Part shown: one piece after another, positions 56,725 to 64,000 of the stretch
How positions within the stretch are numbered: position 1 is the stretch's first letter
Layout of the letters: the number at the start of each line of letters is the position of its first letter
Source: an uncultured Actinomycetota bacterium
Lineage (GTDB): Bacteria; Actinomycetota; Acidimicrobiia; Acidimicrobiales; RAAP-2
DNA length: 64,000 bases
Direction of reading: 5' to 3'
Assembly (NCBI GenBank): GCA_963835445.1
Contig: CAWIFO010000001.1
Span: forward strand, 322,225 to 386,224
The notes under the pieces: generated by a model
Told to the model about the DNA's origin: nothing
Databases searched by the model: none
Seen by the model: the letters and a program-made list of their open reading frames with translations, nothing else
Position numbers and translations under genes: made by a program

Positions 56725-57579
56725 CTACTTGCGGTAGTCGAGGAAGCCCTTCCCCGACTTGCGGCCGAGCTCCTCGGCGCTGACCATGCGGCGCAGCAGT
56801 GGCACGGCGGCGTAGTTCGGGTCCTTGAACTCCTCGTAGAGGGCGTCGAGGATGGCGAGTGAGGTGTCGAGGCCGACCAGGTCGAGGAGTGCGAAGGGGC
56901 CCATGGGGAACCCGCATCCGCCCTTCATGGCCGTGTCGATGTCGGAAACGGAGGCGACGCCGGACTCGTACAGCCGGATGGCGTTGTTGAGGTACGGGAA
57001 CAACAGGGCGTTCACGATGAACCCGGCCTGGTCCTTGACCTCGACCGGCGTCTTGCCGCAGGCCTCGGCGAACTGGCGGGCGGCGACGATGGTCTCGTCC
57101 GATGCGGTCAGGGGCCGGACGACCTCGACCAGCGACATCACCGGGGCGGGGTTGAAGAAGTGGATGCCGCAGACCATGTCGGGCCGGCCGGTCTTCATGG
57201 CCATCTCGATGACGGGCAGGGTCGAGGTGTTGGTGGCGAGGATGGCGTGGTCGCCGGTGATCCGGGCCAGGTCGCTGAAGAGCTCCTTCTTGACGGCCAG
57301 GTCCTCGACGACCGACTCGATGACCAGGTCGCAATCGGCCAGGGCGTCGAGCTCCGAGGTGCCGGTCACCCGGCCGAGGGCCTGGTCCCGCTCCTCCTCG
57401 GTCCTCTTGCCCTTCTCCACCTGGCGGTTGAGCGACTTCTCGAGGGCGGCGAGGGTGGCGTCCGCCGTCGATTGGCTGCGCGAGCGCAGCACCACCTCGA
57501 AGCCGCTGACGGCGGCCGTCTCGGCGATGCCCGACCCCATGATCCCCGAACCGACAATTCCCACGCGTGCGATCGACAT
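56725..57579 (-). CDS. 3-hydroxybutyryl-CoA dehydrogenase
   Basis: VGIVGSGIMGSGIAE Rossmann motif and C-terminal dimerisation domain. No obvious SD before ATG 57579; ORF opens at 57627. Confidence 0.9.
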   Translation of the reverse strand: MSIARVGIVGSGIMGSGIAETAAVSGFEVVLRSRSQSTADATLAALEKSLNRQVEKGKRTEEERDQALGRVTGTSELDALADCDLVIESVVEDLAVKKELFSDLARITGDHAILATNTSTLPVIEMAMKTGRPDMVCGIHFFNPAPVMSLVEVVRPLTASDETIVAARQFAEACGKTPVEVKDQAGFIVNALLFPYLNNAIRLYESGVASVSDIDTAMKGGCGFPMGPFALLDLVGLDTSLAILDALYEEFKDPNYAAVPLLRRMVSAEELGRKSGKGFLDYRK

Positions 57580-57685
57580 GGGAGGGCATGCTAGCGGTGG
57601 CCGGGGATGGCCGCCGAACCGGGACACGGCGCCGCCCGGGACGCGGCTGTTTGCCTTCCCCGTCGCCCGCCGACACGATGGGGCC

Positions 57686-58930
57686 GTGACCAGATCCGCC
57701 GCAGACGCCCCGACCGCCGCCGAATCCGGGGGGCCGTCGCCGGCACCGGGCGGCCGCCGCCCGTCCGGACCCCGGGGGCCCTTCGCACGCCGGGCGCTCT
57801 ACAGCCGTCGGCTGCGGGCCGACGACGAGCAGTGGTCGGTGCCGGGCCGGCTGCTGTCCGCCGCACTGGCCCGACCGGGACTGCTGCTCGCCCTCGGTGG
57901 CGGTCGTGCACCCGTCGAGCGTGACGGCCGCGTGCTCCACCGCGGCGTCCAGGCACTCCTCGGGCTGGCCGAGTCGTTGGAACGGTTCACCAGCCGGGGT
58001 GGGGGGACGCCGGACCCGGTGGCCACCCGGGACGTCTTCACCGCCACGACCAGGTTGGTCATGCCGACCCGAACCGACGTCCACGTGGCAGGTCGGACGA
58101 TCCCGGGCCCTGACGGTGCCCCCGACCTGCGGGTCCGGGTCTACCGGCGCTTCGGCGTGGGGATCGGGCGGCCGGGCCACCGCCCCGCGGTCATCGCCTA
58201 CTTCCACGGGGGCGGCTGGGTGGTCGGGAACCTCGACTCCCATGACGCCTCGTGCCGGCTCGTCGCCTCGGTCACCGGGTGCGTGGTCGTCGCCGTCGAC
58301 TACCGGCTCGCCCCCGAGCACCCGTTTCCGGCGGCGGTCGAGGACTGCCTGGCCGCCTATGCCTGGATCCAGCGCAATCACGGGGTGCTGGGCACCGTGC
58401 CGGGAATGGTCGGAGTCATGGGGGACAGCGCCGGCGGCAATCTGGCCGCCGTGGTGGCCCAGGAGACCAGGCCCGGCCGCCGGTCCGCCTCCGACGACGT
58501 GCCACCGCCCGTGGCCCAGTGCCTCGTCTATCCGGCGCTCGATGCCCGGTTCGTGACCGAGTCCTTCCGGGCGATGGGTGACAGGTTCTTCCTGACCAGC
58601 GAGGGGATGGAAGCCTACCGGGCCCGCTACCTGCCCGACCCCGTCGACTACGAGGACGTGCGGGCCTCGCCGGGCCTGTGCGTGGACCTCGACGGCCTGG
58701 CGCCGGCCGTGGTCGTGACCGCCGGGTTCGACCCCCTGCGCGACGAGGGCGCCGCCTATGCCGGGGCGCTGGCCGGGGCGGGGGTGGCGGTCGAGTACCG
58801 CTGCTACGACGACATGGTCCACGGATTCTTCGGGATGGGCGCAGTGCCGGACTGCCTGGCGCTGGCCACCGAGGTCTGCGACGCCATGGGGTCGCTGATG
58901 CGCCGGGCCACGTCGCTCCCTGACGGGTGA
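57686..58930 (+). CDS. alpha/beta hydrolase, hormone-sensitive-lipase-type esterase
   Basis: AYFHGGGWVVG oxyanion motif and VMGDSAGGNLAA nucleophile elbow. Start uncertain (GTG 57686). The upstream ORF part is antisense to hbd. Confidence 0.8.
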   Translation: MTRSAADAPTAAESGGPSPAPGGRRPSGPRGPFARRALYSRRLRADDEQWSVPGRLLSAALARPGLLLALGGGRAPVERDGRVLHRGVQALLGLAESLERFTSRGGGTPDPVATRDVFTATTRLVMPTRTDVHVAGRTIPGPDGAPDLRVRVYRRFGVGIGRPGHRPAVIAYFHGGGWVVGNLDSHDASCRLVASVTGCVVVAVDYRLAPEHPFPAAVEDCLAAYAWIQRNHGVLGTVPGMVGVMGDSAGGNLAAVVAQETRPGRRSASDDVPPPVAQCLVYPALDARFVTESFRAMGDRFFLTSEGMEAYRARYLPDPVDYEDVRASPGLCVDLDGLAPAVVVTAGFDPLRDEGAAYAGALAGAGVAVEYRCYDDMVHGFFGMGAVPDCLALATEVCDAMGSLMRRATSLPDG

Positions 58931-58977
58931 CGACGGGCCCGGCGGAGCCGGCCCACGGCGCGCTCTACACTCCGGAC

Positions 58978-59670
58978 ATGGACGCGACCCCCGGACTCCT
59001 GGCCCTCGTCGGTGGCGGCGAGTGGCAGGAAGGCTGCACCTTCGACTCCGAGTTCCTCGCCGCCTCGGGCGGCGACCAGGTCCTGGTCCTGCCGACGGCC
59101 GCCGCCTACGAGCACCCCGAGCGCCTGGTGGCGCGGGCGGGCGCCTGGTTCGAGCCGCTGGGCGCCACGGTCGAAGGTCTCATGGTCCTGACCCGGGCCG
59201 ACGCTGACAACGACGGGGCGGCCGACATCATGCGCCGGGCCCGGCTCATCTACCTGGCCGGCAGCTCGCCGATGCACGTCCGCAGCGTGCTGAAGCATTC
59301 GGCCGTGTGGGACGCGCTGGTGGCGGCGTGGCACGACGGGGCCGTCGTGGTCGGCTCGTCGGGCGCGGCGATGGCCCTGACCGACCCGATGGTCGACGCC
59401 CGGGGCGGCGGACTCACGATCGGGCTGGGCCTGGTGACCGGGGTCGCCGTGGTGCCCCACTTCGGCGACACCCACGACGACGAGCACGGCCAGAAGATGC
59501 ACCGGTCGGTGTTGCTGGCGCCCGCCGGCACGCCGGTCGTGGGTATTCCGGAGCGCACGGCGCTCGTCCGGGACCCCGACGGATCCTGGCGGTCCGTCGG
59601 GGTCCGGCCGGTGGCCGTCTTCCTCGACGGGGAGCCGGCCGCCGACGGACTGGGCACGCTGCCGGTCTGA
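58978..59670 (+). CDS. peptidase S51 / cyanophycinase-like (class I glutamine amidotransferase-like fold)
   Basis: LLALVGGGEW, IYLAGSSPMH and VVGSSGAAMAL. Confidence 0.6.
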   Translation: MDATPGLLALVGGGEWQEGCTFDSEFLAASGGDQVLVLPTAAAYEHPERLVARAGAWFEPLGATVEGLMVLTRADADNDGAADIMRRARLIYLAGSSPMHVRSVLKHSAVWDALVAAWHDGAVVVGSSGAAMALTDPMVDARGGGLTIGLGLVTGVAVVPHFGDTHDDEHGQKMHRSVLLAPAGTPVVGIPERTALVRDPDGSWRSVGVRPVAVFLDGEPAADGLGTLPV

Positions 59671-59695
59671 CGGACGTCGACGGGACCCGTAGGGC

Positions 59696-60250
59696 TCAGT
59701 CGCCCTCGACGATGGTGACGGACTCGATGACGACGGGCTCGGACGGGGCGCCCGACCGGCTGCCGACCGACTCGATGGCCTTCACCACGTCGAGTCCCTT
59801 CACCACCGTGCCGAACAGGGAGTAGCTCGGGGGGAGGCCGACGCCGTCAGGCCCGCTGATGATGAAGAACTGGCTGCCGTTGGTGTTCGGACCGGCGTTG
59901 GCCATGGCGATGGAACCGATCTCGTAGCGGCCGGGAGCGGGGAGCTCGTCCTCGAACCGGTAGCCGGGGCCGCCGCGCCCCGTACCCTCGGGATCACCGC
60001 CCTGGCACATGAAGCCCGGGATGATCCGGTGGAAGGTGACTCCGTCGTAGTAGTGCCACCGCGCCAGGAACACGAAGTTGTTCACCGTCTTCGGTGCGGC
60101 GATCGGGTTGAGCGAGATGGTGAGCGCACCCTTGTTGGTGAGCATCTCGGCCGTGTACGACTTGGTGGGGTCGATGATCAGCGGGGGGGCGGCGTCGAAG
60201 CGCTGCGTCCTCGGGCTGGAGCCGTCGGCGGCGGGGATCTCGGGGGCCAT
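59696..60250 (-). CDS. cyclophilin-type peptidyl-prolyl cis-trans isomerase (soluble)
   Basis: FHRIIPGFMCQGGDP and NTNGSQFFI. ATG 60250 sits behind AAGGAG. Confidence 0.9.
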   Translation of the reverse strand: MAPEIPAADGSSPRTQRFDAAPPLIIDPTKSYTAEMLTNKGALTISLNPIAAPKTVNNFVFLARWHYYDGVTFHRIIPGFMCQGGDPEGTGRGGPGYRFEDELPAPGRYEIGSIAMANAGPNTNGSQFFIISGPDGVGLPPSYSLFGTVVKGLDVVKAIESVGSRSGAPSEPVVIESVTIVEGD

Positions 60251-60297
60251 GGTTCTGCTCCTTGGGTCGGGGTGGGATCGGGTCGGTCGTGATGCGC

Positions 60298-61113
60298 CTA
60301 CGAGGCGGCGACTGTGACCGACAGCATGCGGTGGGTGACGGTGGGCGGGATGCCGCTCTGGCTGCCGTCGGCGTTGATGGCCTGGACCACGCTCTGGCCG
60401 GATGTCACCTGCCCGAACAGTGCGTACTGCGGTGGGAGGGACTCGCCCTGCGTGCCGGCCACGATGAAGAACTGGTTGCTCGTCGTGCCGGCGGGTGCCT
60501 GGCCCGTCTTGGCCATGGCGAGCGAGCCCAACGGGTACTGGGGAGTCGCCGTCGCCGGAACCTCGCCCTGCACCGTGTAGCCCACGCTGCCCGAGGTCGT
60601 TCCCGTCGGGTCTCCCGTCTGGTTGACGAACTGCGGGATCACGCGGGCGAAGGTGTTGCAGTCGTAGTACTTCTTCGTGGCCAGGAACACGAAGCTGTTG
60701 ACGGCCACCGGTGCCGCCTTGGCGTCGAGGTTGGCCACGATCGTCCCGAGGTCGGTCTTGATGGTGACCGTGTACGTCTTCGACGTGTCGATCGTCATCG
60801 GCGGGGCCTTGAACTGCGGGTTCGGCAACGGCGCGGTCGGGCTCGAGGGGCAACCTGCCGCCTTCGACGCGGCGTCGGCCGTCGCCTGTGCGGTCGACGC
60901 CGGGGAGGTCGTCGTCGTGGTCGTGGTGGACGCGGCCGTCGTGGTGTGGTTCCACGGCTTGGTGATGAGGAGCGACAGGCCGACCACCACCACCACCACG
61001 ATGCCGATCGTCACCACCCGGCGGATGCCACGCTGACGCTTGGCGGCCTTCTGCGCGGCCTCGCGGCGTGCCTGCCGTCCGGCCTTCTGACGTTCACGTT
61101 TCTCGGTTCCCAC
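60298..61113 (-). CDS. cyclophilin-type peptidyl-prolyl isomerase with basic N-terminus, TM anchor and poly-Thr linker
   Basis: GTG 61113. KRERQKAGRQARREAAQKAAKRQR, TM VVTIGIVVVVVVGLSLLI, linker ASTTTTTTTSPAS, then FARVIPQFVNQTGDP and TTSNQFFIV. Confidence 0.85.
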   Translation of the reverse strand: MGTEKRERQKAGRQARREAAQKAAKRQRGIRRVVTIGIVVVVVVGLSLLITKPWNHTTTAASTTTTTTTSPASTAQATADAASKAAGCPSSPTAPLPNPQFKAPPMTIDTSKTYTVTIKTDLGTIVANLDAKAAPVAVNSFVFLATKKYYDCNTFARVIPQFVNQTGDPTGTTSGSVGYTVQGEVPATATPQYPLGSLAMAKTGQAPAGTTSNQFFIVAGTQGESLPPQYALFGQVTSGQSVVQAINADGSQSGIPPTVTHRMLSVTVAAS

Positions 61114-61251
61114 GGTCCTGCAGGGTAGTCGGTCCGACCGGGGGCCCGGAGCGGCCCCGACCGGGGGGCGCGCCGAGGCCGACCGGACCGCCCGTGCGGT
61201 CGACGGTGGGGCCGACAGGGCGATCGGCCCCGGGTTGTAGCCTTGCGGACC

Positions 61252-63596
<2,345 letters not shown>

Positions 63597-63621
63597 CGGC
63601 TGACGCGTCCGGTCTCGAGGC

Positions 63622-64000
63622 TCAGCCGCCGCTGGCGACGTTCGGGCGCGACAGCACGGCCACCCGCTTGGCCAGGTTGACGGCGTGGTCGCCGAAGCGC
63701 TCGTAGAACCGGGCCAGCAGGGCGAGCTCCACGGCCACCGGCAACGGCATGGTGCCTGCCACGACCTCCACCGTCAGGCTCACGTGCAGATCGTCCATCT
63801 CGTCGTCCAGGTCGTCCACCAGCTCCCATCCGTTCGGCTGACGTTCGGCGTAGGCGTCGGTGGTCGCCCGCCACATGTGGACGGCGACCTCGCCCATCCG
63901 CTCGAGGAGCCCACGGCTGCGGGCCGACAGCTCGGCGCCGAGACCCCGGGCCGCACGCCGGGCCACGTGTTCGGCCAGGTCGCCGTTCCGCTCGAGGTCG
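63622..64000 (-). CDS. phoU: phosphate uptake regulator PhoU (C-terminal part; gene runs off the window)
   Basis: LLARFYERFGDHAVNLAKRV and the preceding helical repeat. The frame stays open to position 64000. Confidence 0.7.
   Translation of the reverse strand, partial: DLERNGDLAEHVARRAARGLGAELSARSRGLLERMGEVAVHMWRATTDAYAERQPNGWELVDDLDDEMDDLHVSLTVEVVAGTMPLPVAVELALLARFYERFGDHAVNLAKRVAVLSRPNVASGG

Overview
This is a high-GC, actinobacterial-type chromosomal segment. All six frames stay open for hundreds of codons, so many long ORFs in the track are antisense or out-of-frame artefacts rich in Arg, Pro and Gly. I can support about 55 protein genes, three tRNAs (Lys-CUU, Ser-CGA, Ser-GGA) and an SRP RNA.

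Gene content from left to right:
- A lipid-metabolism block: P450, two WS/DGAT acyltransferases, an alpha/beta hydrolase and a FadD-type ligase. Four of these five genes show reading-frame breaks.
- A large secreted mosaic protein, followed by small CoA and redox genes.
- A divergent ADH/TetR pair, then a PLP decarboxylase with a methyltransferase.
- A Cys-pair propeller lipoprotein, a MarP-type membrane protease, and a GH15 hydrolase with a histone-like Lys-rich tail.
- An MBL hydrolase.
- A visibly A/T-richer patch encoding an HTH-TM-ectodomain protein. It sits back to back with a moxR-DUF58-transglutaminase operon that ends at tRNA-Lys.
- lysS, vapBC, an MMPL transporter, tRNA-Ser and a solute-binding lipoprotein.
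- A co-directional tadA-tetR-oxidoreductase-sulfotransferase string, then a SpoU methyltransferase and an SCO protein.
- The conserved tRNA-Ser/ffs/dnaX/recR core.
- An ethylmalonyl-CoA-type gene set (thiolase, ccr, epimerase, carboxyltransferase plus epsilon peptide, meaA/ecm-like mutase, hbd), interrupted by a GIY-YIG-like gene.
- An esterase, an S51 peptidase, two cyclophilins, ask-asd and a partial phoU.

I saw no CRISPR array, rRNA, transposase or integrase.

Nothing here can be proven from sequence alone to be a new system. The best candidates for a second look are:
- the HTH-TM-ectodomain gene with the adjacent moxR operon (23.9-30.5 kb);
- the GIY-YIG-like protein embedded in the CoA-carboxylation cluster (49.6-50.7 kb);
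- the secreted mosaic protein with an unnamed six-fold repeat (7.5-10.1 kb);
- the non-uniform clustering of frameshifts in the first 5 kb.

All family assignments are from motif recognition by eye. No database search was run.
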